DNA of 63,988 nt, counting the filler, from Perkinsus olseni (Eukaryota), in the NCBI GenBank assembly GCA_013115125.1. It is 6 parts of 6 records of this genome, joined end to end, with 100 filler letters (N's around TTAATTAATTAA, not from the genome) between each part and the next. Parts side by side here need not be neighbours in the genome. Positions count along the whole stretch, not along the records: positions 21,719 to 32,402 come from JABANN010000863.1; positions 32,503 to 43,154 come from JABANN010000864.1; 4 more parts are not named here. The stretch is one strand, 5' to 3'. A program made the translations under genes and the position numbers. Under the pieces are notes generated by a model. That model had not been told where the DNA came from. It worked only from the letters and a program-made list of their open reading frames with translations, and did no database searches. How positions within the stretch are numbered: position 1 is the stretch's first letter; each line of letters opens with the position of its first letter. Shown one piece after another: positions 23,866 through 36,938 of this stretch.

Positions 23866-24880
23866 TTAACAGCTAGTAAGAGTGGTGTCAATGAGGAAGC
23901 CAGCCTTAATATGAACCTCAGTTGGACTGATGATGGTACCATCGATACCCTTGATATGGAAAGCATTCATCAACTTCTGTAGCATGGGATCGTAATTCGA
24001 GAAGACAATCTTGGTCCCCTCAACTTCGTAGTCCGCACCTGCACTCTGACCGAGGACGCTAACAGTTGCGCGACCCTCCTCGAAGTCAACACTAAAGCTT
24101 TGGCCGTAGAGGTCACCACAGTACTTCCCACCGAAACCCTCGGTAACTGTGGTAGTAGTCGTGGTGGTTGTGGTGGCCCGAGTAGCCGCTACAGTTGTGG
24201 TGATTGGAGGCATCGTCGTTGTAGTGGTAGTTGTTACTTCAACCGTCGTGGCAGACGTGGGAGCTGCGGTGGTCGTGGTCGCTTCCGTAGTCGTAGAAAC
24301 TGCGGCCCTCGTAGTAGTCGTAGAAACTGCGGCCCTCGTAGTAGTCGTAGAAACAGCGGCCTTCGTAGTAGTCGTAGAAACAGCGGCCTTCGTAGTTGTC
24401 GTAGNNNNNNNNNNNNNNNNNNNNNNNNNNNNNNNNNNNNNNNNNNNNNNNNNNNNNNNNNNNNNNNNNNNNNNNNNNNNNNNNNNNNNNNNNNNNNNNC
24501 GTAGAAACAGCGGCCTTCGTAGTAGTCGTAGAAACAGCGGCCTTCGTAGTAGTCGTAGAAACAGCGGCCTTCGTAGTAGTCGTAGAAACAGCGGCCTTCG
24601 TAGTGGTCGTGACAGGCTCGGCCGTTGTAGTGACAGCTGGAGTACTTACTGAGCCGCATGGGATCGCCTCACCGACACAGGAAGAGTCTGTCGGCTGGAA
24701 ACAAACTGAACCATCGGACTTCTTCATCAGACCGAAGCAGACTGGACTACTCAGCCACGACTTGCAATATGATCCGTACTTGGAATTACCACACCCGCTG
24801 ACATCAGAGCACATCTGAGCGCACGGATCTTCAGTGGCAGCTGCTACAGCAGCAATAACTGCAAAGAGGTAGGAACGCAT
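23866..24880 (-). CDS. Secreted mucin-like protein: Cys-rich N-domain, (TTTTKAAVS)n stalk, globular C-domain; spans N gap
   Basis: Signal peptide MRSYLFAVIAAVAAA, 8 Cys, 27-bp tandem repeats either side of gap 24405-24499, ORF 23866-24213 as C-terminus. Confidence 0.85.
24280..24606. repeat. 27-bp coding tandem repeat
   Basis: CGTAGTAGTCGTAGAAACAGCGGCCTT units flanking the N gap. Confidence 0.95.
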
Positions 24881-25499
24881 TATCGACAAGCAAAAGAACG
24901 GGAAAGGTCAACTAAGGGAGGCATTCACAATTGACTAGAAGAAGCACTTTACTCATCCTGAATGAACACCGTATCAGCTGTAAACTTCGAATGCACTAGC
25001 TCCCAGCGGGACATTGTGATTGAGTTCGCGCGATTTTGTGTCATGCACCCGAGCCACTAGGTTCCGTTTCGCCGAGCTCCCCGGAAGACAGCAGGAGGCC
25101 TCATCTGACGTGAGGTGCGCGACTTATCTCTATTCTGCTTCCCGCCCCCGACCAGAGTTGGCTTTGGAAAAGTCAGGCGTCGGTCTCTTAGGCGATGTGT
25201 CCGCACCAGCGGTGATGCATGGAGCAGAGCGCTACTCGAAGACCGAGCTCCATGGCGGCATGTTGAATCTATGATTCCAACGACGCCTGAAGCGGCGGAC
25301 TCGACTCCCGACTGAGAGCTCTCCAGCCATGCAACGACCCCTTTGTGGCATGAAGTTCGTGCGATAGGTGACTTGAGGGTAATCGGCAGGCCGGCGCCAT
25401 CTATAGACGGGTAGCACATCTCTGGCTGTGGCCGTCAACACGTCACGCGCTAACCGCACCAACCAGCGGCATCCCTAACCCATGACATTCAGCCCTTCC

Positions 25500-27470
25500 T
25501 GTCTCTTGACAGCTCGGCATAACGCGAGTTCAGCGACATTTGAAGTCGCCTACCCAGTGTCAGGTCTTGTGACGCCGATGCGTGGTGATGACTTGCTCCA
25601 GAGCTCGGCGACCGGTGTAACTACTGCCTGTCCACTTGGCATGATCATTTACCCACCGTCCGCTGACTTCGAACACAACACTCCAATGGCTTCCACACAG
25701 GCTAAGCATGATTAATGCCGGAGGGTACGATGCTTGTAACGAGACGCCCGTGCTGGCTCAGGGCTACGGCTTGATGCCTCACTCCGTCCACTATGATGAT
25801 GGTGAGCATGATGAGCATGGTGGGGCTGATGCCGACTATCGGACGGTTCCTTCCTGCCAAGGAAAGGCATTCCTGTTACCAGCAGATCCACAGGTATACC
25901 TTCTGTGATGATGATGATGATGATGATGATCGTGGCTCGATGGATGCGCCCGGTCGGCGTTGCTCTCAGCCTCGGATGTTGACGCTATCTGAGTCGTTAA
26001 CAACAACACTGCCACTCAGGTGGCATCAGTTCTACCATCAATCCTACACTGCTGGCAATATCATCGACTTTCAGAAACCTCGCGTAATGTGAATGAGGAG
26101 GATCTTGCCTCCCTTGCAGTGCGGACGGTGATGGACTGACCGATCTGTCGAGACGCCTGCCCTTGTAGTAGGCTTGCACGTTAGCCCTCGCACGAGCGTT
26201 GCGACGCTTATCTGGAAAGATGAACCCATCAAGTTCGCCCCTGGCCGGGGAGTCCGACTTACTGAGCCACCAACGTATCATGACTCCACCAACGATGAGG
26301 AGCACTGCGCTAACCACGATAAGTACTATTGCCCAGGCAGGAAAGCGAGCCTTCTCAGTAGCACCTATGGGAGTTTCATTAGACACCTTGCACGATTAAC
26401 AATAGCTCCCTACCGCTCGGAGTTGCCGTAGGAGTGATAGCGCTACTGGTTACGGCACCTAAAGCACCGGGTGGACCACCTAAAGCACCGGGGGTGGCTT
26501 CGGTGGGGGGAAGGGGCGAGGACGTTGTAGTAGACGCCTGAACTGGGGCCTGAACCAGGGTCGTCTGCAGCGTAGGCGTCTCTTGTATAGAGGAGGAGTC
26601 CCGGATGAGAGAGGCTTGTTTGGCGAGAGGGCCCTGCTGGACAGGAGGGGCTTGTTGAGCGGGAGAGGGTTGTTGAGCAGGAGGGGCTTGTTGAGGAGGA
26701 GGGGCTTGCTGAGCAGGAGGGGCTTGCTCAGCAGGGAGGGCGTTTAGAGCGGGCGAGGTCTGCTGGATGAGTGGATTCTGTTGAACTTGAGGTGTTGCGA
26801 CATGCTGGCTCGTCAGTGCCATTGCCGCGAGTGGTTGTTGCTGTTGTGGCATTGGGGAAGCCTGCCGAGGCACCACCGATTGGGTTCCGAAAGACGCATG
26901 TTGCTGTGGAGATGTTGCAAGCTGAGCTTGAGGATACTAACAAGGACTCATAGTGATATCAAAGGCTACCAATACCCACACTTACCGGTTGAACTGCCGA
27001 AGCAGGCGGGGCTCCCATTACACTGCTCCCAGCTTGTTGTTGTAAAGTCCCGGGAGCGATGAAACCGTTGGCGGTCTGCAATGACTGAGGCACCCCTTTC
27101 CCCACCCTCGGAATCTATCCCATTACCTCTTGCTGCGGCATCGCTTGCTGTTGTAGTTGCCCAGGCAGAACGGCCTATAACCGAGCAGACAGTCCAGCCT
27201 GGACCTCAGTCGGACTGAGTCAGTCCTGCCTTACATTCTGTGGCTGTTGTTGTGTTGATGTTGTCAATGCACAACTGGCAGTGATTATCACTGCTGCTGC
27301 TGATCCGAGAAGTCTGAATCTAGGCAGGCTCTTGAACATACATAAGGGGCTTGAAGTGGAACTGCTCAACAACACCATCTTCGATGCTCATCCTCCGAGA
27401 AAAGATGCAACCCCCCACTATTGGACACACTCATTCAAAACCCTCGATCAGGCAACGTCGATGAGCCAAA
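25500..27470 (-). CDS. Gln/Pro-rich single-pass membrane protein, multi-exon (ends uncertain)
   Basis: QQAPPA repeats (ORF 26379-26876) followed by TM segment WAIVLIVVSAVLLIVGGVMI and basic stop-transfer residues. Confidence 0.55.
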
Positions 27471-27904
27471 CAGCATAGCTCTCATCCGAGTAAGATTGCC
27501 TACGCACCCTTGGCCGTTTGACGGTCAATCGGCAAGTTTAGGGCGAGCGAGATTTACATCGACTGCTCGAGGGGGACATTTTTAGCGTTTGGCGAGGTTA
27601 GACTTCTTCTTTGGTGATGTTGGTGCTGTATTGACTGATATAGCTGTACCGCGCGAGAAGATATGAAGTGACGGTCGAGGGTAGGTAGGGATAGCTGATG
27701 GTAGATTAATGGTAAGCACTCGCACGTTAGGACGCGTACGGAGGGGCGGCGAAAATGAAACGGCAGTCGTGCGGTTTTGTAAGGGCGTTGATCCTGTGGA
27801 GATTTTTTCTTGAGAATGCATGCTGGAGGGTTGAATAACACCTATGGTTGAATGGTCGTAATGTTGCTGACGTAGTGCCGTAATTTTTCACTCGTTCTTG
27901 CATT

Positions 27905-28366
27905 ATGGGCTGCTTCTCGTCGAAGCCAGAAGAGACTAACGAACCGGCTCCCAGTAAGGAGGGAAAGCAAGAGGGCGCTGCTGCTGCCGCCACAGAGACA
28001 CCAGCTGCCACTACCTCGGCCACTACCCCACAAGGGAACACAGGGATGGACATCGATCACACTGACCCCAAGCTGTTACCCTCAGCACAGTGTATCCAGA
28101 TGCCTGCTGAATTGCTAGAGAAGGCCGCCGCTCCCGCCGAGGAGAAGACAACAGCTGCCGCGGCGGAACCAGCAGCCGCTGAGGAGCAACCTGTTGATCC
28201 AAAGCTGCTCCCTTCAGCGCAGACCATCGCCCAGCCAGCGGGCTTCGTTCTTGAGGTAATTAATCATTGTTGCAGGGTGTTGTGAGTTGGTCTTAATGTT
28301 ATTCGTCAGGCACAGAAGAAGGAAGCTGCTGCCCAACAGGCTGCTGCAGCTGCTGCTTCTAAGTAG
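27905..28366 (+). CDS. Small Ala/Glu-rich protein with predicted N-myristoylation and palmitoylation
   Basis: MGCFSSK N-terminus; two DPKLLPSAQ repeats; exons 27905-28255 and 28310-28366. Confidence 0.85.
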
Positions 28367-28895
28367 TAGTTGTCTCTGTTACACTGCATGATGATGCTAA
28401 CACTGATGATGATGGTGATGATGGCGAAGGCCTCCTGCCCCACTTAAGGTGTTTCATGAAGGTGTGCATGCTACCACCTCTACTATATGCGTCTTGACGC
28501 TTCCCCCTCTCAGGTTGCCGTCCGTTGTAGGTCGTTATATCGTTATCATTATCATCCTTGTTGTTGCCCTGCTTTATCGTAGCATTAGTATACTCTTCCC
28601 CAATGGGCTTGTTGCTACAAGTATAGTAATGATGCTTAGTAGTAGCCTAAACGCTCATCTTAACAACAATACCAAAGAAGACATCATCTTCTTCGCCGTA
28701 CTGCTACTACCATTACTACTGCGCTATTAACTACCGGACATCACGTCCCCTTCCACTACAGCAAAGGTCTGCTGCTGTTTGGTCTTCGTCGTTGTCGTTG
28801 CCACACCTATGGTGATGTTCCATGCTGCCATCCAATGCTTCATTACTTTCCTACTACTCTTCCACTTAAACTCTCTGATGATTATCTACTCGAGG

Positions 28896-28950
<55 letters not shown>
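28896..28950. repeat. (CTA)n microsatellite
   Basis: Direct reading; other microsatellites are (CAA)n 32335-32402, (GTA)n ~32532-32574 and (CAT)n ~13659-13684. Confidence 0.95.
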
Positions 28951-29333
28951 CCCGAATGTCTTCATCATACCAACAACCTGCGAACTACTCTATGCATCAG
29001 CATGATGATTTGCTTCGTCGCCTTTCCGCAGTACTGCTGATAATAATATTAGAATTACTTTATATCCTTTCCGGTTGACGATAGTTGAGATGCTGTTCAA
29101 AGTTGCTGTAAGACAGCGTTTGTTGTTGTTATAAAATGACGCTGCTGGCGCACTTGCAGAAGCTGTCGCTAAGGAGGGATGTGTTGATGATAATGATGCG
29201 TATGGGGTATGATAGTTGACGATGGAATAAGATTATTGAACAACATAAGGCAGGTCTCCCTTACATCGTTATCTCTCGTGTTTCCAACTTGGTCAATTTC
29301 ACAACACAAATGTCTGTTGCTCTTTGCTGCAAT

Positions 29334-30659
29334 ATGGAGCAACATCAGCAGCATTGGGATAAACTCATACAAGTATCCGTACTTTCAACATGCTCTGCTG
29401 CTCACAGCTCCTCTCAGGACTATTCAGACAGTCGTCACGCTACCCGCCCCAGCACCACCGCTGCCGTGTTCATTGGTAACAAGGGTAGTGGTAAGACATC
29501 CCTGATCCACAAGTATCTGAAGTAGAAGCTAGCCTCTCGTCAACTCATGTGGTCAGGTTCTCTAAATTTACATCAAACGATCAAAATCGAGGAATACTAC
29601 CCGACGTTGAACCCACGCCAAATGCCATTGAGTACCTCGAGTAGGATTCGAACCGGGGACCTTTCGGTCTGTAGATACTTCTACGTTCGGCGGCAGCTAG
29701 CATCCGTAGAAAAAGGCGGTATTGAAGTGGTGAGAGTTCTCTAGCGTTCGTCTTGAAGCCTGCCACTCTAGGCACATCTCTTCGACGCGGGCCCCAGCAA
29801 AACCGCATGGCAGCTGTTCGAGCCAGTAAGAAGCGTCACCATATCAGTCGAATTATCATCACAGATCAGCCGTCGCTTCAACAATATTGTGGTGGTCGTG
29901 GTGGTGGATTTGTCGCAACCTAGTAGCATCTACTCAGGAGCAATGGAAGGTCTTCGAGTGGTAAGAGCTGCAACTGTGGTACTGGTGACCATATTTGCTC
30001 TTTAGGCGCATAAGATCCTCTCGAAGGTTTCCCATAGCGCCGCAGCAGCACCGCGAATACTGATGGCAGCTACTAAGCACGAACGACTATCAGAAATAAT
30101 GGATCCGAATCATGCTCGAAGGCTTCTTGATGCATTAAGGTCGTTCCCTTCTATCAGCACTGATCGACCATCATTCACAGATCGATATGTAACCATCAGC
30201 AAGCATCCTTGATATCCCTCTCACTGCGAGGCGGAGATGGCAGCCTCAAAGCCTTCACATCATTCCTTCGAGCCAACCTCTTCCCAACCACCTCTGCGAT
30301 ACCACTCATCCCCCAACTCTTATCAAATTGTAGTGACTACAGCAAACCTCTGGTCAGTAGCACTGCGAGAGGAATCACGATAACGCTTGAATTGCGCAGG
30401 CCATATCATTTGGTACAGACCGATTGGAGGGGATTGAAGAGCCCTACGAAGGCTGGGAGGTGTGGTACGATGTACTGTGCGCTGGGAGTATGCTTCTACG
30501 CAGGTTAATCTATCGAAGATCTTCCCAACCACCAAGTCTTCTCCTTCGATTGATGATGAGCAGCAGGCTGGTACTGGTTTGGAACCGCGTGTAGCTGCTA
30601 TTGTTGAAAAGGAGAAAGCTCAACTCCTGAGAAAGGAGTTGGCAGCAGCATGCTCATGA
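29334..30659 (+). CDS. DYNC2LI1: Cytoplasmic dynein-2 light intermediate chain-like (IFT dynein), multi-exon
   Basis: P-loop FIGNKGSGKTSLI, spliced PTPNAIEYFYVRR, VVVVVDLSQPS, ATKHE G4-like motif. Confidence 0.75.
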
Positions 30660-30814
30660 TCTATTGATTTACGTCGCACAGTGACTGTCGCGTTCATGTA
30701 CAGTTGAACCGTCATCCAAAATGATTCGTTCGTTTACCGGTCATTGTGTAGTCTCTAGCCTGGGATCGTCCACCTTGCAAGAGGACAATTTTAATGAACA
30801 TGCCATGAGAACCG

Positions 30815-32335
30815 TTATCTCGATTGGAGGAGAAAGAACATCTTTCGAGTGACTCTCAACGCAAGAAATCGATAATCGTTAACGACTAATTTAGCATGTT
30901 CATTCTTGTGTGGACGGCTCGTGTGAAATCTGGTATATAAAATGAGCAGCACAATCACTTGAATGTTGCCATCCTCCCTCACCTCCATCGAAGTGACTGT
31001 AGTATAGATGTGACCGCCTTTACGACGGAATAATTCAATCTCCGCTTGTAAGGTAGCAATCTCCTTCCGCTGAGGGAAGCATTCCGTCAGCAGCAGCAAC
31101 GACTGCAAGCAGCAGTGATGCTACTCACCTGCATGTTCAACAAGTCTTGCATTCTCTCATACTCGATCTCCTTCCCATCCGAAGTTGGCCCTTCGTCGAG
31201 AGCTACACGAGCTATCCTCCCATCCAATTCGGCGTCCAGGACGACTCGGCATTGGCCGAGCTTGGCGATGTCCTCCATCACTTCCGTATTGAACCTCGTC
31301 AGTTCCACGTGTACTTGCCTGCACAGCAAAGCTCCACAAAAGCCACCACTAGTACCGTCATTACTTCTCTTCTTTGATCTTTGCTTCCCACTTAGCAAGC
31401 CGCTTATGCATTTGCACCTCCGTGTCCCGAAGGCGATTCTCCAACTCCTCTTGCTCTCGAGAAATACCTGAACAGCCGGTCACCGCCTCTCGGAGTTGGC
31501 ACAGAATCGACGCAGGTTCGAAACTTGGGAAGTCTTTATTGAAACCTCACCGCTTTTCTCCAGATCGTCAATGTCAACCAACTGCCCGAATTTGAGCTGC
31601 TGAATCTCCTCCAATTTCCTCTCCAGCTCCTTCAAGTTCTCGCCAATCTACACCCCTCCCATCCATAACGACCATATGTCGCCGCTCATCACCTTTCTAT
31701 TTTCCCGTGCCCTCACGCCGTACACTCGCTTCAACTCTCGATATTCTCTTCTCACACTGGCCTTCTCCCCGTGTAGATCGGTGATGCGCTGTCGTAGCCT
31801 CTGCAGGGCGGTCTTAGTGAACACCACCTGTATGATCTCATAACTCCTCACAGCTGCACTGCCACCATCATACCTGCCCTCCATCGAGGGTCTCCGGTAG
31901 CCGCAGTGTCTGCCCAGGCATTAGAGCGCATTGGCCAACCCCTTGGAATTCCTCGCCGTCTCCTCCAACCACAGAGAGGCACCTGATACCAGCCCTCCAT
32001 CGACGGACGTCGACTGCTGCTCACTTCATCTGCGAGAGCCTCAGAAGAAGGACGGTGTGGAGGTGGTTCAACTTCTGCTGCTTCTCTGTTTGGAAATGCT
32101 GTATTTTCCTATAGGATAGCTAAACATGCCCTTCCCTCCCGAAGGTGTACTCACTCCTCCGCCTGCATCTGCTCCTTGTCTAGTGCTTTCTCCTTCTGCA
32201 GTAAACTCGTGTGCGTCTTCTTAATCTCATCCACAGCCTTCTGTATTTCAGTCAACGCCTCTTCCATGTCAAGCCGTTTGTCCCGGAGACCGATCACCTG
32301 TTCCACCGAGCTCCTGCCTTTCAACGAAGATACTC
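30815..32335 (-). CDS. CFAP44: CFAP44/WDR52-like axonemal protein, C-terminal coiled-coil exons (5' truncated)
   Basis: VVFTKTALQRLRQRITDL, QLKFGQLVDIDDLEK, EIATLQAEIELFRRKGG. Confidence 0.7.
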
Positions 32336-32402
<67 letters not shown>

Positions 32403-32532
32403 NNNNNNNNNNNNNNNNNNNNNNNNNNNNNNNNNNNNNNNNNNNNTTAATTAATTAANNNNNNNNNNNNNNNNNNNNNNNNNNNNNNNNNNNNNNNNNN
32501 NNATCCCGAGGCGATACACGCGGCGACATAAC

Positions 32533-32575
<43 letters not shown>

Positions 32576-33341
32576 GCGATCGCGGCACTGCCTTCATCAT
32601 CATCATCATTATCGTCGGCTCTACTACTACCAATACTGCATCGTTGATACAGCGCCGCGTTGGACTAGGTCATCTTTTATTTGCCAGATACCAGGTTGAA
32701 AGCATCCGGAATGGCTCATCATTTCATACAAGGAGTGTTGAAGGTCGGCAGAATGGCAACGTTATCCTCAAGATGATGGTAGACTCATCAGTTCAACTGA
32801 TTCAGTTGTTAGCATCAGCGTGTTGCTACAACCCGTTATGTGAAGGCACAATTTCACGCCTTCGAGAAAGGCTCGCCTTACTTGACATACTCCCAGCCGA
32901 TGCCAGAAGTGGAATATCAACCCGAAGAACTCGCGTCATATGAGACGTAATAACAATACTGATGATAATACTTGACGATACCCGTAGTTTCTTTCCACTT
33001 GTTCAGTATCGTTGCTCGTATCGCCTCGGAGGATGACACCTTGCTCGCTTCGTTCAGAGAGTAGTCGAGAGAGCCCTTGATAGTATCGAGCACAATACAG
33101 CAGTGTAACAAATTAGGTTCCTCCGTAAGTACAGCGGCGATTACCTACCGGTAGATAGACGTCCAGTGGCCGATTTCGGTCTGATCCAAAGGGGTGACGG
33201 CATCCAGGAAAATAAAAAGGCCCGGGTAGTGAAATCATGGAAATTTTCCAGATCCGCTTGGGAGTAGCACTTGCCATCATTTTTTCAGTTGAGGGATACT
33301 ACCAAGAGGGTTTGGCCATCGGTTGATAAGCCTAGCGACGA

Positions 33342-34485
33342 GATGTATCGGATGGCTACAAGGCAGTAAGTATTAGGCATCGTCGTGTTATTCCGTAGTG
33401 CTTGAGAAGCGAATCGTTAGGAGGTTATCCCACACATGTACAGGTTCTGGTTGAGACCACGAAATGGTGTTAGCACAAACAAGACAGCTCATAAAAGCGT
33501 AAGTCAAGCTATAGTGTCTTCGATTATTTCCGTTGTGAATTGCACTAAATTAGTGCCACTAATGGGGACAGTGGGCCGCTACAACTTGCGGCACCATGAA
33601 GACAACTTGTACCACTACTCGCGGCAATAACACCAGTGCTCGTCGAATTTCTTGCACTGGAATCTGAGAAAGTTCTCGTCAACGCCTTACCGCCACAAGA
33701 AATTCCATCTGAGCTCCTTCCGAGGTTATGACTCATAGCTTATGAGTCACTGCTGCTTGTAGGTCCTGGCGTACATGTCTGATCTTAATATATTGGCAAC
33801 GGCGCTAGAACCCGCAGGAGGATTATATTATGCCAATATTCCTGCGCTTACAAGCCTGGATCACACATTATATTTTCATGAACCGAATGTGAGAAATAGT
33901 GGCAGTGTTTGTCGCTGATCTTAACAAACTCCACCACTACTAAGGTTCGAGCAGATGAATGGCTGTTATTCGATATGAAGTGCTTAATATCTTCACATGC
34001 CAGGGCACTATGTAACAACACTCACTCCATCATCATTGCTGATGAAACTGCCGTCTGTAGGTGTTTCCCAAATATTTACCCGTGATGGCATATTGGTATG
34101 TACCGCTATACAGGAGGGCTTAATAAGGCTCGGTAATCCGCCAATGAGAGTATTGCATAAACCTTCATTAGAGATATCACTTAATCGAGAAAGAAAGGAT
34201 CACAACAACAGCAATGATGATGTTCATCATCAACCCACGAACAGTAATGCATTCATATCTGCGATGCACATGAATTTTTTCAATGTTCAGGCAGTAGTAA
34301 GCTATGATGAGTCCATAACAGCGGCCATGACAGGCAGTAAGACTAGTTTTTATAAGTTACCAGCATCAGTGATGCTGCGTCATAGTTTGCGAGGCTTCGA
34401 GATCGAGCTCTGCGGTCTTGCTGCTGCCGGCGCTGCGGCGCGATGTACCGCAACATATTCAACGATAGGATGCAGTTTCCCCTAG
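33342..34485 (+). CDS. Acyl-CoA thioesterase II (TesB/ACOT8-like), C-terminal hot-dog half; boundaries uncertain
   Basis: VLAYMSDL, SLDHTLYFH, VRADEWLLF, IFTRDGILVCTAIQEGLIR. Confidence 0.85.
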
Positions 34486-35219
34486 CCGAGATTCCCGGCT
34501 CGAGAAAGGGTACTTCTCGTGGTTTGCGAGCTGGGTGTTCGGAGGGAGAGCCCATATCGCGAGTGTCTCGTCACTACACACTGTCAAACAGTGACTGTCT
34601 TCGTTATTTGCTTTGTCGAGTTGTGAAGTAGGGTGATACGTTTCAACTCAGTATCGATCTGCTCATGCATAGGAACGCGTCGGTACGGACACCCGTTGTA
34701 GAACAGCATGCATGCATGGCATACACGTACGGGTTACCCGGATCTGAAACTGATCCGACAGTGGATACGTGAACAGATCCTGCGAGGAAGCTTTTCAGTT
34801 CGACGGGAGCCCCTAAGCCTCAGGGCCTGACGGAAGGCTTTTGACAAACCGTCAGCCTATGATCGTTTATTTCCGTTAGAGCATAGTCCCCATGTTGAGC
34901 GCGTGGGCGATTGAGCGCATTGAATCTGACGAAGCCAGAGTTGACGGTGGACTATGAACTCGCGCACACACGCGCCCATAGTTACTCTGACGTTCTAAAA
35001 CTTCGGTCATATCAAGGGCCTTGATATGAGCTATGACCTTGTTTCAAGGGTGGTTGAACAATTATTTGGAATTGTCAATTCCGAATTGAACCTTTATCGT
35101 CCAGCGACCAAACTTTTGGCTCCAACAGACCTCCTTACCGCTAACAGGCACTTCCGTACTACTAGCACGGAGCACCGTGCTACTAGCACGGTACGTTAGC
35201 GACACGGAAGTTGAGAAGA

Positions 35220-36420
35220 AATATTAATTTAAGTGCTGTCTCCTGAAGCGGACTGCCCAATCGGATTGTGCAGTTGAGCTCGGTCTCGAATCGATCGCAA
35301 CGTTGGGGGTCGCCAGGCAGAAGTGCCTTCTCCCCGGCTGCTCGATTCGCGACACGAGCTCTCTAAGAGAGCCTCTCTTCCCGATGTTAAGCGAGTTTGC
35401 GGACGGTAGACCGGGATTTTTGTACGGAAGTCGAAGATGACTGCGACAGGGAGGCTGACGGTTCCGCAAAAAGATCAGTGCGCGTGGGATATCCCCAGCT
35501 AAGCGTGACCGTCCCACCCTGGTCAACAGGAATCAATCTAGGCGTATGGATGTACGCCTTTGGTGTACACTTGAAGAAGATTTTCCCCTTAAGGCGCATG
35601 ACCCGAGGCCAAAAAGTACATGCGAAGTTTGCCCGAACGACGACGAGCCAGGCACTGGCTATGCCACAGTGCCGTTGATACCTTGCGAACCCCTGCCTAT
35701 ATGTAGAGAACCACGAATAACTTGTGGGTGCTATTCCAGCGCACCACCGTATCCCTAGGTATGATGCGGAATATATGACCATCAGGAAGGAACTCTTTTA
35801 CAGACTGGTGAAGTAGATCGAACGTGTTGTTCCGAACATCATGTTCGATTGTCTAACGAAGCAGCCATTAATATGGAGCTTTCTCAAGAGGCTTCCAATG
35901 ACTTCGGTCGATCTATTTGTACTCCACTCCAATGAGGCCTCATCGTAGGAGTCGTCAATATCAGCAGATGCCTAGGACCCGTCGTCGTCGTCGTCGCCAG
36001 CGAGGAATTCCTCGTCTCGGAGCAGGTCTTGTTGCTCCTGTTGTTCACATTGGGGTGCTTCGAAACCTCCTGTCGACGTCAGTGCATTTTCTTCCGCTCT
36101 CTCCCCGGAACCAATAAACTGGCCGCTGGTTAGACGGTCTAACTTAGACCAGCCAAGCCCAGGAGCCAATGGAATTAACGACGCACGAATGTAATCTATG
36201 CACCCAGCAGGTTAAGTGCACGAAGCCAGTCTCGCCCATACAATATTCAGTTCTGAGCAGGTCCAGAGCGCGAAAATCGGAGGCTCCAACTTGGAGCTGG
36301 CGTTATCCGTGGCGATTGACCGTACCTTCCTCAAGCAACCCGCAGCTTCCAGCTCGCTTAAGATTTGCCAAATTAACTTAGAACATTGTGCCTTATGAGG
36401 CTCTAGCTCACCCAGAATCC
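35220..36420 (-). pseudogene. hAT transposase remnant
   Basis: Minus-strand KVRSIATDNASS (~36295-36330) and PRDTVVRWNSTHKL (~35718-35760), with in-frame stops. Confidence 0.7.
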
Positions 36421-36938
36421 GCGAATAATGGAAATACTAATAATTAAACCTATCGGGCTGTTCAATAGACAAGCGAGAGTTCGTTCTCCAACAACGTTCT
36501 TCAAGAACGTTCCCTACACCTTAAAGTCCTTTAGTAAAGCCTTAAGGTCTTACGTCGTAGGTCCTAAGATTAGGTCCTTACGTTTCAAGGTTTAGGTCCC
36601 AGCCCTATGATACCCACTAAGCAACTTTTTGGACACTCTCTCTCGACAGAGAGAGTGTCCAAAAAGTGGTGCGGTCTAGATACAACGGGGCATTCTTGCA
36701 GCTATTCTCGGGTCACTCGATTCTTTTGGAGGGCTATAAATAATATTTATTAAATATAGACCTGGCTACATGCAATATCATATTCCACACAATTTGCTGT
36801 CCCGTTTCTGCTGTCCCACTATTGAGCTAAGCTGTGGTTTTCCTGTTGATATATTCTCAGCTATTCTTGCCTATATTCCTACATAATACGGATATCATCC
36901 GTGTTGAGTTGATATTCCAGAGTAGCAGCTCCTTGTTC

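Noticed and set aside
24280-24606. Regular 27-bp repeats as a CRISPR array
   Set aside because: Head-to-tail with no spacers; they encode the mucin stalk
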